Assembly (NCBI GenBank): GCA_038106445.1
Contig: JAYODU010000003.1
Span: 120,929 to 184,928, forward strand
Length of the DNA stretch: 64,000 nt
Origin: Kordiimonadaceae bacterium
GTDB lineage: Bacteria > Pseudomonadota > Alphaproteobacteria > Sphingomonadales > Emcibacteraceae
Reading direction: 5' to 3'
A model generated the notes under the pieces. That model ran no database searches. It had not been told where the DNA came from and worked only from the letters and a program-made list of their open reading frames with translations. Below are positions 47,975-58,169 of the stretch, piece after piece. Each line of letters begins with the position of its first letter. Within the stretch, counting starts at the first letter, position 1. A program made the translations under genes and the position numbers.

Positions 47975-48691
47975 CTAGCTGGTAAATTCCACCTTCGCTT
48001 CGCTGCTGTAATCACCCTTTGGTCGGACCATTTCAATCGGTGCGCCTTCAACTATATAATAGATCAGTTCCGCAATATTAGTTAGGTGGTCACCGGCTCT
48101 TTCGATATTTTTTGCTACAAATAAAAGATGCGTTGCTGGTGTGATATATTCAGGATTTTCCATCATATATGTCAGTAATTCACGGAATAGGCTTTCGTAT
48201 AAATTGTCTACCACAATGTCCCTGGTCCAAACTGAGATTGCCTTATCAGAAGCCTTGTTTATATATGCTTCGATAACATCCTTATTCATGATATTAATAA
48301 TTTCAATCATTTGTGATACGACGGATACATTTACTTTAAAATTCTTAGTTTCGTTTAAGAAAACGACACGCTTGGACATATTTTTTGCGTAATCACCAAT
48401 CCTTTCCAGCGCATTACTGATTTTAATAGCCGATATAATTTCACGTAAATCATCAGCAAGTGGGGAGCGTATGGCGATCATCTCAATTGCAGATTTTTCA
48501 ATGTCTCGCTCTAATTGATCAACATGAGAGTCGGTTTCACGGACCAATTGTGCCAATTTCAAATCATTAGTTATGAGTGCCTTTTCTGCTTCCCGGAATT
48601 GTTTTTCGACAAGCTCCGCCATTTCAACAATTTTATTTCTAAGTTGTGATAAATCGTCATCAAAAGAGCTTACGATATGTGAATGTGGCAT
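47975..48691 (-). CDS. phoU: phosphate signalling complex protein PhoU
   Basis: 238 aa with a two-repeat helical protein carrying E(R/K)IGD motifs (LERIGDYAKN, IERAGDHLTN). Last gene of the pst operon. Confidence 0.9.
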   Translation of the reverse strand: MPHSHIVSSFDDDLSQLRNKIVEMAELVEKQFREAEKALITNDLKLAQLVRETDSHVDQLERDIEKSAIEMIAIRSPLADDLREIISAIKISNALERIGDYAKNMSKRVVFLNETKNFKVNVSVVSQMIEIINIMNKDVIEAYINKASDKAISVWTRDIVVDNLYESLFRELLTYMMENPEYITPATHLLFVAKNIERAGDHLTNIAELIYYIVEGAPIEMVRPKGDYSSEAKVEFTS

Positions 48692-48707
48692 TTGGCAATC
48701 CTGTTAG

Positions 48708-49526
48708 TTAACCGTACCGGCCGGTAATGTAGTCCTTGGTTTTTTCATGGGTTGGGTTAGTGAATATTGTCGCCGTATCACCAACTTCCATCAGCTTACC
48801 AAGATGAAAAAAAGCTGTTCTTTGTGAAATTCTCGCTGCTTGTTGCATGGAATGCGTAACAATAACAATTGCGTAACGATTTTTCAAATCTTCAATTAGT
48901 TCTTCTATAATAGCTGTTGCTATCGGATCAAGCGCAGAACATGGCTCATCCATCAAAATTACTTCCGGCTCAATCGCAATCGTCCGGGCAATACATAAAC
49001 GCTGTTGCTGACCACCGGAAAGGGATGTTCCTGACGCATCGAGACGGTCATGCACTTCGTTCCATAGTCCCGCTTTTTTAAGGCTTGAGAGGACAATTTC
49101 ATCTAATTCACTTTTGTTATTTGCTATACCGTGTATGCGTGGACCATAGGCAATGTTGTCATAAATTGATTTCGGGAACGGATTAGGTTTTTGAAATACC
49201 ATGCCGATCCGTGCACGAAGTTGTACAACATCAATTTTTTTATCGTTGATATTCTGGTTATCAAGAAAAATGTTACCTTCGACCCGGCAGGTATCGATGG
49301 TATCATTCATTCTGTTTAAGCACCTTAAGAATGTTGATTTACCGCAACCGGAAGGGCCAATCAGGGCAGTAACCTCGTTCGGGTTAATATTCAGATCAAT
49401 ATCTTTTAATGCATGATTTTCACCGTAATAGACATTGACCTTTCTCGCTTTTATTTTCGGTTCCGGCAGGCCAACAGAAGTTGTATTCCCTTCGTTCACG
49501 TTGAGTATGTTCATCTTATTCACCAT
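48708..49526 (-). CDS. pstB: phosphate ABC transporter ATP-binding protein
   Basis: Walker [10 protein letters not shown], signature LSGGQQQRL, Walker B ILMDEP, and the PstB-typical C-terminus YITGRYG. Confidence 0.95.
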   Translation of the reverse strand: MVNKMNILNVNEGNTTSVGLPEPKIKARKVNVYYGENHALKDIDLNINPNEVTALIGPSGCGKSTFLRCLNRMNDTIDTCRVEGNIFLDNQNINDKKIDVVQLRARIGMVFQKPNPFPKSIYDNIAYGPRIHGIANNKSELDEIVLSSLKKAGLWNEVHDRLDASGTSLSGGQQQRLCIARTIAIEPEVILMDEPCSALDPIATAIIEELIEDLKNRYAIVIVTHSMQQAARISQRTAFFHLGKLMEVGDTATIFTNPTHEKTKDYITGRYG

Positions 49527-50848
49527 TTTTTTTCAAACTTCTGTCTTAACCAAATGGCCAGGCCATTCATTAGAATCAAAAATGCCAGCAGGATCATAAT
49601 GGCTGCCGATGTTTTTTCCAAAAACCCCCGTTCAGGGCTGTCTGCCCATAAATATACCTGAACCGGTAGTGCGGTTGCTGCTTCAGTAATGCCGGCAGGC
49701 GTATCTACTATAAAAGCTACCATGCCGATCATTAAAAGTGGAGCGGTTTCACCAAGAGCCTGTGCCATACCGATGATTGATCCTGTCAAAATGCCAGGCA
49801 TGCTGAGCGGCAGTACATGATGAAAAACGGTTTGCATATGTGATGCACCAAGCCCTATTGCTGCTTCTTTGATTGACGGGGGGACGGCCTTGATAGCGGC
49901 TCTTGCTGTAATAATAATAGTGGGAAGTGTCATTAATGCGAGCGTTAACCCGCCGACCAATGGAGCCGACCTCGGGAGGTTCATGAAATTTATAAAAATA
50001 GCCAATCCCAAAAGACCAAATATAATTGATGGCACAGCGGCTAGATTATTAATATTGATTTCGATAATATCAGTAAGTCTGTTTTTTGGGGCAAATTCTT
50101 CAAGATAAATGGCCGACCCTACACCAATCGGAAACGAAATCATAAAGGTTACGAGCAATGTTAAAAATGATCCGACAGTGGCACTCGATATTCCGGCTAG
50201 CTCAGGTTCACGACTATCGCCAGATGTGAAAAATGCCCAATTGAAATTTTGAGTAACCAGTCCTTCAGATAAAAATTGATCCACCCATATGATTTGCTGG
50301 TCGCTTATTTTGCGATCTGATTCTGCTACTTTCCTGGAGATATTTCCTTTTAGTAGCATATCAACATCACTTCCGGCTTTTAGCGAAATTGGAACCGTCG
50401 TGCCAACAATTGTAAGATCTTCAAGGATTGCTTCACGAATGTCCGTTTGTGCACCAACGCTGAATAATCTTAGAAGTGCAAAAACATCAGCACGGCGGGT
50501 AACCTCAGGAAATTTTTCCTGTAACGAACTTACCAACATCCTGTTTATGTTGATAGAAGCGATATGTGTTTCAAGCTCTTCCTGAGATAAGTTATCAACA
50601 TCACCAACAATATTTTCATCAATGTGTATATCCAGTGTAATATGGGTTTCAGTAAATCCACTTATGCCTGTTGAAAAAATGCTAATGAGTACAACGAGCA
50701 GTGTGGCGATTGCCGTTCCCAGACTCAGGATGGCGACACTTTTAAAGATTTTTTCTTTAATGTATCTTTTTTTCAGGCGTGCGGCCTGTTTTTCTGAATT
50801 CCAGTCCACTCTTGATACAGGCTGATTGTGTTGTGAAGTATCAGTCAT
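49520..50848 (-). CDS. pstA: phosphate ABC transporter permease PstA (long form)
   Basis: C-terminal permease core with [15 protein letters not shown] and the EAA-like loop. The start was chosen at ATG 50848 (MTDTSQ), preceded by AGGGAA and overlapping the pstC stop, rather than 50890. Confidence 0.85.
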   Translation of the reverse strand: MTDTSQHNQPVSRVDWNSEKQAARLKKRYIKEKIFKSVAILSLGTAIATLLVVLISIFSTGISGFTETHITLDIHIDENIVGDVDNLSQEELETHIASININRMLVSSLQEKFPEVTRRADVFALLRLFSVGAQTDIREAILEDLTIVGTTVPISLKAGSDVDMLLKGNISRKVAESDRKISDQQIIWVDQFLSEGLVTQNFNWAFFTSGDSREPELAGISSATVGSFLTLLVTFMISFPIGVGSAIYLEEFAPKNRLTDIIEININNLAAVPSIIFGLLGLAIFINFMNLPRSAPLVGGLTLALMTLPTIIITARAAIKAVPPSIKEAAIGLGASHMQTVFHHVLPLSMPGILTGSIIGMAQALGETAPLLMIGMVAFIVDTPAGITEAATALPVQVYLWADSPERGFLEKTSAAIMILLAFLILMNGLAIWLRQKFEKKW

Positions 50849-52211
50849 ATTGTTCCCTATATTTCCTGACGATGAACAACGCCAAAGCATTTAATGCAAG
50901 TGTTGTGACAAACAAGGCCAGACCAAGTGCAAAGGCAGATAGTGTTTTAGCACTGGCGAATTCCTGGTCACCAGTAAGAAGCGCAACAATTTGTACGGTA
51001 ACAGTAGTCACCGCTTCCAGAGGATTTACGGTTAAATTTGCTGCCATTCCTGCGGCCATTACCACAATCATTGTTTCACCAATAGCGCGTGACGTTGCAA
51101 GAAGCAATGCACCAACAATACCGGGAAGAGCAGACGGTAAAATTACTTTTAATACGGTTTCTGTTTGTGTGGCACCCAAACCCATTGAACCTTCTCTTAA
51201 ATTCTGAGGAACAACGCTGATAACATCGTCTGAGAGGGATGATATCAGCGGAATTATCATTACGCCCATAACAATCCCGGCCGCAAGCGCACTTTCAGAC
51301 GCAATCTCAAGCCCCAAAAGTTCGCCAGTGTCCCTAATAAACGGGGCAACAACAAGGGCGGCGATAAAACCGTAGACAACTGTGGGGATGCCAGCAAGAA
51401 TTTCTAGGAGCGGTTTTGCAATTTTACGGATTTTTTTATTGGCAAATTCAGCCATATATATCGCAGAAAGCAATCCAATGGGCCCGGCAATAAACATTGC
51501 AATTGCTGTTATAAGCATTGTTCCCATAAAGAGTGGCACGGCACCGAATGCACCAGAACTTCCGACCTGATCGATACGGATTGCTGTTTGTGGACTCCAT
51601 TGAATGCCAAAAACAAATTCCGTAATGGATACCTGATCAAAGAAAAGGATGCTTTCAAATAACAGGGAAAATACGATCCCGATCGTTGTAATAATTGCAA
51701 TGATCGAGAAAATCATAAGCAATGTTTTGATTATTGTTTCAATGTTGTTGCGTGAATTAAACTCTGGTTTCATTTTGCGTAATGTCAAATAACCCATGAG
51801 TGTACTTGCCGCTAAAGCGCCCAGGAAAAACGCCCAGGCGACCCGTTCCGAAATACTGGTATAGTACTGATAATGGATGGCTAGCGTCGGATCATTTGGA
51901 TTGCTAGTTTCATAGGACTTTACACTATTCAGTAAATTGCTTAATTCGAAAGGTGCAAGGCCGGATGTTTTTTCGCCAAGATTATTGATAAGCATATTAT
52001 CAATCAGGTAACCTTCACTAATCGCCCAGATGGAAAGTATGATGAAGCCTGGTATAAAACTGTTAATTCCGGCAGCCCATCCATAATGGCTTGGTAATGA
52101 ATATAATTGTTTAATATTTCCATTAACAAGCATCAGCGATTTTTTTTTGCCAACATAATAAAATGAAGTTAGCAGCAAAAGTAATGTGACAAAAAGTAGT
52201 GTTACACTCAT
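50841..52211 (-). CDS. pstC: phosphate ABC transporter permease PstC (long form)
   Basis: Permease core LREGSMGLGATQTETVLKVILP... and operon position between pstS and pstA. Confidence 0.85.
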   Translation of the reverse strand: MSVTLLFVTLLLLLTSFYYVGKKKSLMLVNGNIKQLYSLPSHYGWAAGINSFIPGFIILSIWAISEGYLIDNMLINNLGEKTSGLAPFELSNLLNSVKSYETSNPNDPTLAIHYQYYTSISERVAWAFFLGALAASTLMGYLTLRKMKPEFNSRNNIETIIKTLLMIFSIIAIITTIGIVFSLLFESILFFDQVSITEFVFGIQWSPQTAIRIDQVGSSGAFGAVPLFMGTMLITAIAMFIAGPIGLLSAIYMAEFANKKIRKIAKPLLEILAGIPTVVYGFIAALVVAPFIRDTGELLGLEIASESALAAGIVMGVMIIPLISSLSDDVISVVPQNLREGSMGLGATQTETVLKVILPSALPGIVGALLLATSRAIGETMIVVMAAGMAANLTVNPLEAVTTVTVQIVALLTGDQEFASAKTLSAFALGLALFVTTLALNALALFIVRKYREQYD

Positions 52212-52272
52212 TGAATGTGGGCTCTTGATATTTTTGGAATCACTACCCTAATCTATAGAGTAATTAAAATAG

Positions 52273-52298
52273 AAAGGCCAGTCTGAGGACTGGCCTTT
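52273..52298 (-). terminator. intra-operon hairpin between pstS and pstC (partial terminator/attenuator)
   Basis: AAAGGCCAGTC / GACTGGCCTTT 11-bp perfect stem with a 4-nt loop. On the minus strand it is followed by CTATTTTAATT. Confidence 0.6.
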
Positions 52299-52319
52299 AG
52301 TAAAAGTTTCATTAAACCG

Positions 52320-53357
52320 TCATTTTTGTAAAGCAACCAAATTTTGAGCCGTATTCTGAACTTGTGCGAGCTCTGTATTTGGTAATGGGATAAGACCTTT
52401 TTCAGCAAGATACCCAAAGTCACCCATTGCTTTATCGCTGAGGAATTCATTGAGATATTCTTTTAGCCCAGGTACGGCACCAATATGTGCTTTTTTGACA
52501 TAAAAATAAAGTGAGCGGGATACCTTGTATTCCTGATCTGCGATATTTTCGAAAGTCGGGTATGATCCTTCAACCATATTTCCCTGAATGACGTCCGTAT
52601 TTTCCTCCAGGAAACTATACCCAAATACACCGTACGCGTTTGGGTTAGCCTGTAGTTTTCCTACAATCAGATTATCGTTTTCACCTGATTCAACATAAAC
52701 ACCATCTTCACGAATTGTATGACAAAGCGCCATATAACGATCACCGTCTTCCTCTTCAATTGCAACGATTTCCGGATAGGCCTGACAACCACCTTCAAGC
52801 GCAAGCTCAGCAAATGCGTCACGTGTTCCTGATGTTGGAGGAGGGCCCAGAACTTCAATTTTTCTATTTGGAAGGTTTGGATTAACTTCGTTCCATCTGG
52901 TGTACGGGTTTGCTACAATCTCGCCGTTTACAACAACTTCTTTTGCAAGCGCTGTCCAGATGTCCTTAAGGCTAAATTCTACAGGTGCTGATTCTTTGGA
53001 ATTGGCCATTACAATGCCGTCATAGCCAATTTTAACTTCGATAATTTCTTTGACACCATTTTGTGCACATAGTTCAATTTCAGAACTTTTTATGGCGCGC
53101 GATGCATTTGTTATATCCGGATGGTTTTCACCAACGCCTGCGCAGAATAATTTTAGGCCGCCACCTGATCCTGTACTTTCAACTACAGGTGTTTTGAAGG
53201 CTGTGGACCTGCCAAATTCTTCTGCAACAGCAGTTGAAAAAGGGAATACGGTTGATGAACCAACAATCCGGATCTGGTCGCGCGCTTCGGCGACGCCTGC
53301 CATTGAAATACTGATCATACCAGCCACTAACAGTGTGCGGTCTAGTTTATTGAACAT
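52320..53357 (-). CDS. pstS: phosphate ABC transporter substrate-binding protein PstS
   Basis: Signal peptide, then IRIVGSSTVFPF and ...TGSGGG..., typical of the PstS family. GGAG Shine-Dalgarno. Heads the pstSCAB-phoU operon. Confidence 0.85.
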   Translation of the reverse strand: MFNKLDRTLLVAGMISISMAGVAEARDQIRIVGSSTVFPFSTAVAEEFGRSTAFKTPVVESTGSGGGLKLFCAGVGENHPDITNASRAIKSSEIELCAQNGVKEIIEVKIGYDGIVMANSKESAPVEFSLKDIWTALAKEVVVNGEIVANPYTRWNEVNPNLPNRKIEVLGPPPTSGTRDAFAELALEGGCQAYPEIVAIEEEDGDRYMALCHTIREDGVYVESGENDNLIVGKLQANPNAYGVFGYSFLEENTDVIQGNMVEGSYPTFENIADQEYKVSRSLYFYVKKAHIGAVPGLKEYLNEFLSDKAMGDFGYLAEKGLIPLPNTELAQVQNTAQNLVALQK

Positions 53358-53455
53358 TTTGTTTTCTCCATAAAAATTTCTAAAATGAACTGTTAAAATT
53401 AAAAAGAATCATTCTTTTTCATATGTGAAAATTAGCCTTTTTACGTTGCGGTAAT

Positions 53456-53484
53456 GTGACAGAAATATGAAGCTTTTGTTACAA
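53456..53484 (-). promoter_or_regulatory. candidate Pho box upstream of pstS
   Basis: The minus-strand read is TTGTAAC aaaa GCTTCAT attt CTGTCAC: three 7-mers at 11-bp spacing resembling the PhoB consensus CTGTCAT-N4-CTGTCAT, about 100 nt upstream of the pstS ATG. Confidence 0.5.
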
Positions 53485-53511
53485 TGATCTATAAGCTATT
53501 GAGAATAAAAG

Positions 53512-53541
53512 AAAAAGGCGGAAATAAAATTCCGCCTTTTT
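53512..53541 (-). terminator. rho-independent terminator after the porin gene
   Basis: GGCGGAA / TTCCGCC stem flanked by A-run and T-run. The minus-strand read ends in TTTTTCTTTT. Confidence 0.7.
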
Positions 53542-53575
53542 GTTAAAATATATTTAGAATATCGTTTGGTACGGC

Positions 53576-54769
53576 TTACCAGTCAACCTGGAACCTGAGG
53601 CCGAATGTGTCGATGTTCTCACCGTCATTTGAACCGCCTTCAACATCTGACCGTGAGTAGTTTGCCATCACACGGGAATAGTTATTAAGAAGCCAGTTCA
53701 GACCAACGATGTAAGATGTTTGCTTGCCACCAATGACACCAACTGATGTATCAGTCAAATCAATAACATCATAGCGTGCGGCAATCTGGAAGGCACCTGA
53801 ACCACCGCCAAATACCGGGTTGTTGACTTTAATGCGGTCAAATGCACCACCCTTATATCCACGACTTTCGCCTGTCAGGATATAGCTGATATCAATATAG
53901 CCACCGTTAAATTTGGCATCCATTGCACCATTAATCCCATTGGCACTCATCCATCCCCATTCTGCCTGTGCAGAAAGTGGACCCATTACGCCGGCTAATT
54001 CTACGCCAAAGAAAGTATCTGAATCTGAAGGAAAATTAGCAGTATCCACATATCTTCCTGCAAGGTGATGATGTGGGCGTTGGCGATATCTGATTGTCAG
54101 ATCACCATCGTCATTTTCGCGGTGAAATGCTGATGCACCTATATGTATGAAGCCGTCATTATTGCCATTTCCGATCTGTGGCGCAAATGTTGCACGTGCA
54201 GCATAGGTGCGGCCCTGAATTGTGCCACCACCACCATTTGCGTTGCCCTGAAACACGCCAGCTTTGAATGTTACGTTATTCTGATCATAGTTTGCTGCTA
54301 TACCGATCTGACGGCTAAAGCTGAAGGCATCTGTAAAACTGCCGCGCTCAAGAAATGTTGTAAAACGGCTGGATGTCTGTTCTTCAAGCGAGGTTGGAGT
54401 TTTAAACTGACCAGCGACAATAGAAACCGGTTCTAATGCAAGCTCCATAGTTGCATCAGTGATGTTGACCTCATTGCCGGCGAAATCAACTTCAAATTTA
54501 TATTCCACATCCTTCATTACGACACCTTCAACGCCAAGTCGTGCGGCACGGAATTCGGTTGCGTCAACAGCTTTACCTGCGTTGTCAGAAACTGTTCCCC
54601 AGTCGGTGAATAAACGACCACGAAGTTTTATTGAAAAGTTACCATCTGCACTTGAGATTTCAGGCGCTCCCTTCCAGGTTACGTTGAAATCCTGAGCGTT
54701 AGCAATTGATGTTGTTGCGAACAAGGTCGTAGCACCTATTGTCGCTACGATATATTTGGATACAGGCAT
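53576..54769 (-). CDS. phosphate-selective porin O/P family outer membrane protein
   Basis: Signal ending ANAQ. N-terminal W.G...I.S.DG.FS.KLRGR...D pattern of OprO/OprP-type porins. C-terminal FGLRFQVDW. Located immediately upstream of the pst operon with its own Pho-box-like array. Confidence 0.7.
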   Translation of the reverse strand: MPVSKYIVATIGATTLFATTSIANAQDFNVTWKGAPEISSADGNFSIKLRGRLFTDWGTVSDNAGKAVDATEFRAARLGVEGVVMKDVEYKFEVDFAGNEVNITDATMELALEPVSIVAGQFKTPTSLEEQTSSRFTTFLERGSFTDAFSFSRQIGIAANYDQNNVTFKAGVFQGNANGGGGTIQGRTYAARATFAPQIGNGNNDGFIHIGASAFHRENDDGDLTIRYRQRPHHHLAGRYVDTANFPSDSDTFFGVELAGVMGPLSAQAEWGWMSANGINGAMDAKFNGGYIDISYILTGESRGYKGGAFDRIKVNNPVFGGGSGAFQIAARYDVIDLTDTSVGVIGGKQTSYIVGLNWLLNNYSRVMANYSRSDVEGGSNDGENIDTFGLRFQVDW

Positions 54770-54848
54770 TAATTTTCCTTAAATATTAATGTTTTGAGAA
54801 ATAAGAACTCTATTTGTTATAGAATTATTATGCTTTTATGTGTGTTAT

Positions 54849-54888
54849 ATTACAAAAATATTACATATTAATTATAATTTTATGACAG
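54849..54888 (-). promoter_or_regulatory. candidate tandem Pho boxes upstream of the porin gene
   Basis: The minus-strand read is CTGTCAT aaaa TTATAAT taat ATGTAAT attt TTGTAAT: four 7-mers in strict 11-bp register, 80-120 nt upstream of the porin ATG (54769). Confidence 0.5.
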
Positions 54889-55017
54889 TCTGGAAGGTCA
54901 TAAGATATTTAACATTTCCCGTGTTTTGGCAAGTATAATTTACATGCTTGCGAACTTATGGATATTGATCCAGAATAAGGGAAAAGTCAAAATATCAATT
55001 GAGCAACAGGACTTTAA

Positions 55018-55425
55018 ATGGCTACTAAAAAACCCGCAAAAAATATTGAAAACAACCCGCGTGTGAAAGCAGTTTTTGATGACATAAGGAAAACCAGAAA
55101 TTCCGAATTTATCAATAACATGTGGCATTATATTGCGTTTGATGAAGATCTTCTTGAACGTACATGGGGGGATGTGAAAAGGGTAATGGCGGAAGAAAGT
55201 GCACTAGATGCACTGACCAAAGAAATGATTTATATCGCTGTTTCAATTGCCAACAGCTGCACTTATTGTGTTCATTCACATACAGCCGCTGCCCGTGCAA
55301 AGGGAATGACCGATAAGCAGCATGCGGAGCTTATAAAAATAGTATCCCTTGCGGCGCGTACCAACCATATTGCCAACGCCCTGCAAATCCCGACGGATGA
55401 TGTTTTTGATGCTGATAAAAGCTAG
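55018..55425 (+). CDS. carboxymuconolactone decarboxylase (AhpD-like) family protein
   Basis: 135 aa with the CxxC-H core motif (NSCTYCVHSH) of the AhpD/CMD fold. Confidence 0.7.
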   Translation: MATKKPAKNIENNPRVKAVFDDIRKTRNSEFINNMWHYIAFDEDLLERTWGDVKRVMAEESALDALTKEMIYIAVSIANSCTYCVHSHTAAARAKGMTDKQHAELIKIVSLAARTNHIANALQIPTDDVFDADKS

Positions 55426-55542
55426 CTTGCGGGTTTTTTGTGAAAAACTCACGCTTAAGCTATATGTATAAACAATGGTGTGAAACTTATGGATGAACAA
55501 TATAAGTCAGCTAACATATTGAAATATTTATAATTATTTGGT

Positions 55543-55956
55543 GTGTTTTATATCTTCGTGTCTCTGATCGCGAGCTTTATACTTCAATATTTTGAGATAG
55601 AAAGAAATTTTGGGATAGGGAATGGTATTCTGGGAGCTTCTGCAATGGTAGTATCCAATAAGTTTGTTTCTGATGAAAATCAGGTACCTGCCGGAAGTGA
55701 AAAACATATGCTTATTTGGGGCTCAATTGCCATCAGTATTGTATCTTCAATAGCTGGCTTGATTTTAATTGCAGCAATTGAAAATATTCCGATTAGTGAA
55801 ATATTCGGTATTTTTACGAAAGTGCCACTTTTGTTTTTAGTTATTGGGATGGTGGTAATAACGGGAGCATATTGGTTAATTCTGTTTTTTTGTTATGGAA
55901 GCGGTGCCAAGGCAATTGCCAAATCCCGCAATATTGGATCTGAGAATTCTAATTAA
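55543..55956 (+). CDS. hypothetical membrane protein
   Basis: 137 aa with four hydrophobic spans and no recognisable motif. GTG start from the track. Coding status rests only on ORF length and hydrophobicity pattern. Confidence 0.4.
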   Translation: MFYIFVSLIASFILQYFEIERNFGIGNGILGASAMVVSNKFVSDENQVPAGSEKHMLIWGSIAISIVSSIAGLILIAAIENIPISEIFGIFTKVPLLFLVIGMVVITGAYWLILFFCYGSGAKAIAKSRNIGSENSN

Positions 55957-57355
55957 TTACTTCCAAACCTTTTAATCCTAATCGAAGAAGAGCCTCTTCA
56001 ATTGCTAAAAGCGGTATGGTTGCGGGTGCTTTGCTGGGATCATCTCCAACCCCGGTAATAAAAGTTATTATACCGTCCTTTGATATGGGGTCAAACCAGA
56101 ATTGTCCCTGTAAACCATAAGCTGATCCAAGATGGCCGTAAAAAATATTGCTGTCTTCACTAAGTCCCCAGTCTTTCAGATCAACAATATGCGTGGATAG
56201 GCCATATGCCGTCATCATTCCCGTCGCGGAAGGATCGTCTGGTGCGCTTTCACCACCCGTATGACCATTTTGTGTAAGTGAGTTATACTCCCATACTGTT
56301 TTTAACATTTCGTCTATTGATGATTGCGATATAATCTGCGTGTCGCCGTATTTGCCGCCATCAAGCAGCATTAGCATTATAGTCGCAAGATCACGTGATG
56401 ATGCACGCAAGCCCCCCTGCGGTGAAAATAGAGAAGGGTTTTTACCAGGTTTATATTGGTCAAGTGGTGAAAGATCCGGGATAGTACCGCGCCTATAACT
56501 TTCACTTTCATAATAGCAGAGAATAGGATCACCATCGACCTGTTCAATCCAAGGACCATTTGGATCCCAGGTAATGCCACCATCACCACGGCGATAAAGT
56601 GTTGCTACCGATGAAAAGCCATTTTCATAAAGGGTACATACACTGAAACTTGAATTTAAACCCATGGGATTAAATAGTGTTTCTTTGACAAATAAATCCA
56701 TACGCTTGCCGGCAACATTTTCTGCGATTCCTGAAAGAATACCAAAATTCAGGTTGGAATATGTGAAATAATCACCCGGCCCCTGATTTTTCCCTGAGGC
56801 AAAATGATTGCCATTGTCATAATGCGCAGCACTTCGTTCGGCATCACCGCCTTCAATAAAAAAGTCTTTAAAATCTTCACCAAGTCCCATGAAATAATAT
56901 GCACCATCACGTATTGAAGATGTATGGGAAAGAATATGTCTGCTTGTGATTTGCCGGTCCGGAAAATTTGGGTTTCTTAAAGTAAAACCAAGATAGTCTG
57001 AAATATCGGCATCAAGATCTACTTTTCCGTCTTCAACCAATGTCATGAAGGCAATTGTTAAGACTAACTTTGAAATGGATGCCACACGGACTTTATGATC
57101 ATTGGTAAGAATTACATTTTCGCCACTACCTCGTCTTGCCATTCCTTCTGCATGTTCAAATACGACTGCTCCATTTTTAATCAGCACCATTTGCAAGCCC
57201 GAAATTTCTGTTGGCTTTTTTTCTTCATTATAGGCAAGTTGATATAATGCCTGTTTCAAATCAAAATCACGCTGTTCAGTTTCATTTGACCCTTGTTGAC
57301 TGCAGGATGATGTGAGTATTATTAAAATGGTAGCGATGGTTAATTTTCTAATCAC
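55949..57355 (-). CDS. beta-lactamase-fold serine hydrolase (class C / DD-peptidase / aminopeptidase-like), lipoprotein
   Basis: Lipobox LTSSCS, SxxK (ASISKL), YxN (YSN). Confidence 0.75.
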   Translation of the reverse strand: MIRKLTIATILIILTSSCSQQGSNETEQRDFDLKQALYQLAYNEEKKPTEISGLQMVLIKNGAVVFEHAEGMARRGSGENVILTNDHKVRVASISKLVLTIAFMTLVEDGKVDLDADISDYLGFTLRNPNFPDRQITSRHILSHTSSIRDGAYYFMGLGEDFKDFFIEGGDAERSAAHYDNGNHFASGKNQGPGDYFTYSNLNFGILSGIAENVAGKRMDLFVKETLFNPMGLNSSFSVCTLYENGFSSVATLYRRGDGGITWDPNGPWIEQVDGDPILCYYESESYRRGTIPDLSPLDQYKPGKNPSLFSPQGGLRASSRDLATIMLMLLDGGKYGDTQIISQSSIDEMLKTVWEYNSLTQNGHTGGESAPDDPSATGMMTAYGLSTHIVDLKDWGLSEDSNIFYGHLGSAYGLQGQFWFDPISKDGIITFITGVGDDPSKAPATIPLLAIEEALLRLGLKGLEVIN

Positions 57356-57361
57356 GGTAAT

Positions 57362-57820
57362 TCATTTCGAACTGTCAATTTGGTAAATCAGGCTGGTTAA
57401 AGTAGTCATATACTTCTTCGGTAACTTAAGTTTTTCACAAATGTCATAAAGGGTGCGGGCATAATCGGTACTTTCCGGCGGATAAATTTTATAATCACCA
57501 GGCAGAATATATGTCTTTGCAGAAATTTTTCGGCCTAATTTGTCTTCGCATGTAACATCAATGGCAACGTAGTCTTTTACGGACGGTTCCGAATATAATT
57601 GATCCAGCTCCTGTTGTTCAAGTTCGATCAATGTGCCCCATGTTTCTTGACCATTGCAGGATATCATTGATGCCCTTTGGCCCAAAATAAATTTATAATT
57701 GGGCAGCTTTGCAACAACTGGATCGGAAGGGGATAGCCCTTTATCCTTTAAAAGTGCCGGATCCATAAACCATCCATAAAAAAAGCTTTTGTCTTGGTCA
57801 AATGTTTCTCCCTTAGCCAA
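57362..57820 (-). CDS. gamma-glutamylcyclotransferase-like (AIG2/GGCT fold) protein
   Basis: N-terminal FFYGWFMDPALL, resembling the YGSLM motif of the GGCT/AIG2 family. About 150 aa with the expected hydrophobic beta-barrel pattern. Motif-level call only. Confidence 0.5.
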   Translation of the reverse strand: MAKGETFDQDKSFFYGWFMDPALLKDKGLSPSDPVVAKLPNYKFILGQRASMISCNGQETWGTLIELEQQELDQLYSEPSVKDYVAIDVTCEDKLGRKISAKTYILPGDYKIYPPESTDYARTLYDICEKLKLPKKYMTTLTSLIYQIDSSK

Positions 57821-57849
57821 ATATTATAATGAAAATAATTTTTACTTGA

Positions 57850-58149
57850 TACCGATTTTTATTTTCATCAATTGCCAAAACCCAGATGCAGGCACTGCAA
57901 ATGACTTTCTTTTTGTTGCTGCCACAAATCCTTCTTTCCGGATTTTTATTTCCGTTTCTGGGGATGCCCAGATGGGCGCAGTATATTGGTGAAGCCCTTC
58001 CCGCGACCCATTTCATGCGTCTTATGCGCGGGATTATGCTTAAAGGGGCGGATGCAGGGGATCTTTATGCTTCATTCTGGCCACTATGGGTTATTATTTT
58101 TGTGGTAGGTATTGTCGCCATGTTCCGATACGAACGTACGCTTGATTAA
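57850..58149 (+). pseudogene. C-terminal fragment (about 95 codons) of an ABC-2 permease (YbhR/YhhJ-like)
   Basis: The frame is open from 57850 and reads SSIAKTQMQALQMTFFLLLPQILLSGFLFPFLGMPRWAQYIGEALPATHFMRLMRGIMLKGA..., the last two or three helices of an ABC-2 permease. The roughly 270 N-terminal residues and the partner ATPase are absent. Confidence 0.6.
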
Positions 58150-58169
58150 TTGGTCGCTTTTTAAAATCA

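Noticed and set aside
49520-52211. PstC and PstA are both about 440-456 aa, much longer than the ~300-aa E. coli proteins.
   Set aside because: Long-form PstC/PstA with extra N-terminal or periplasmic segments exist in other bacteria (to my recollection including pseudomonads). This is probably a family variant rather than a novelty, and I did not verify it by alignment.
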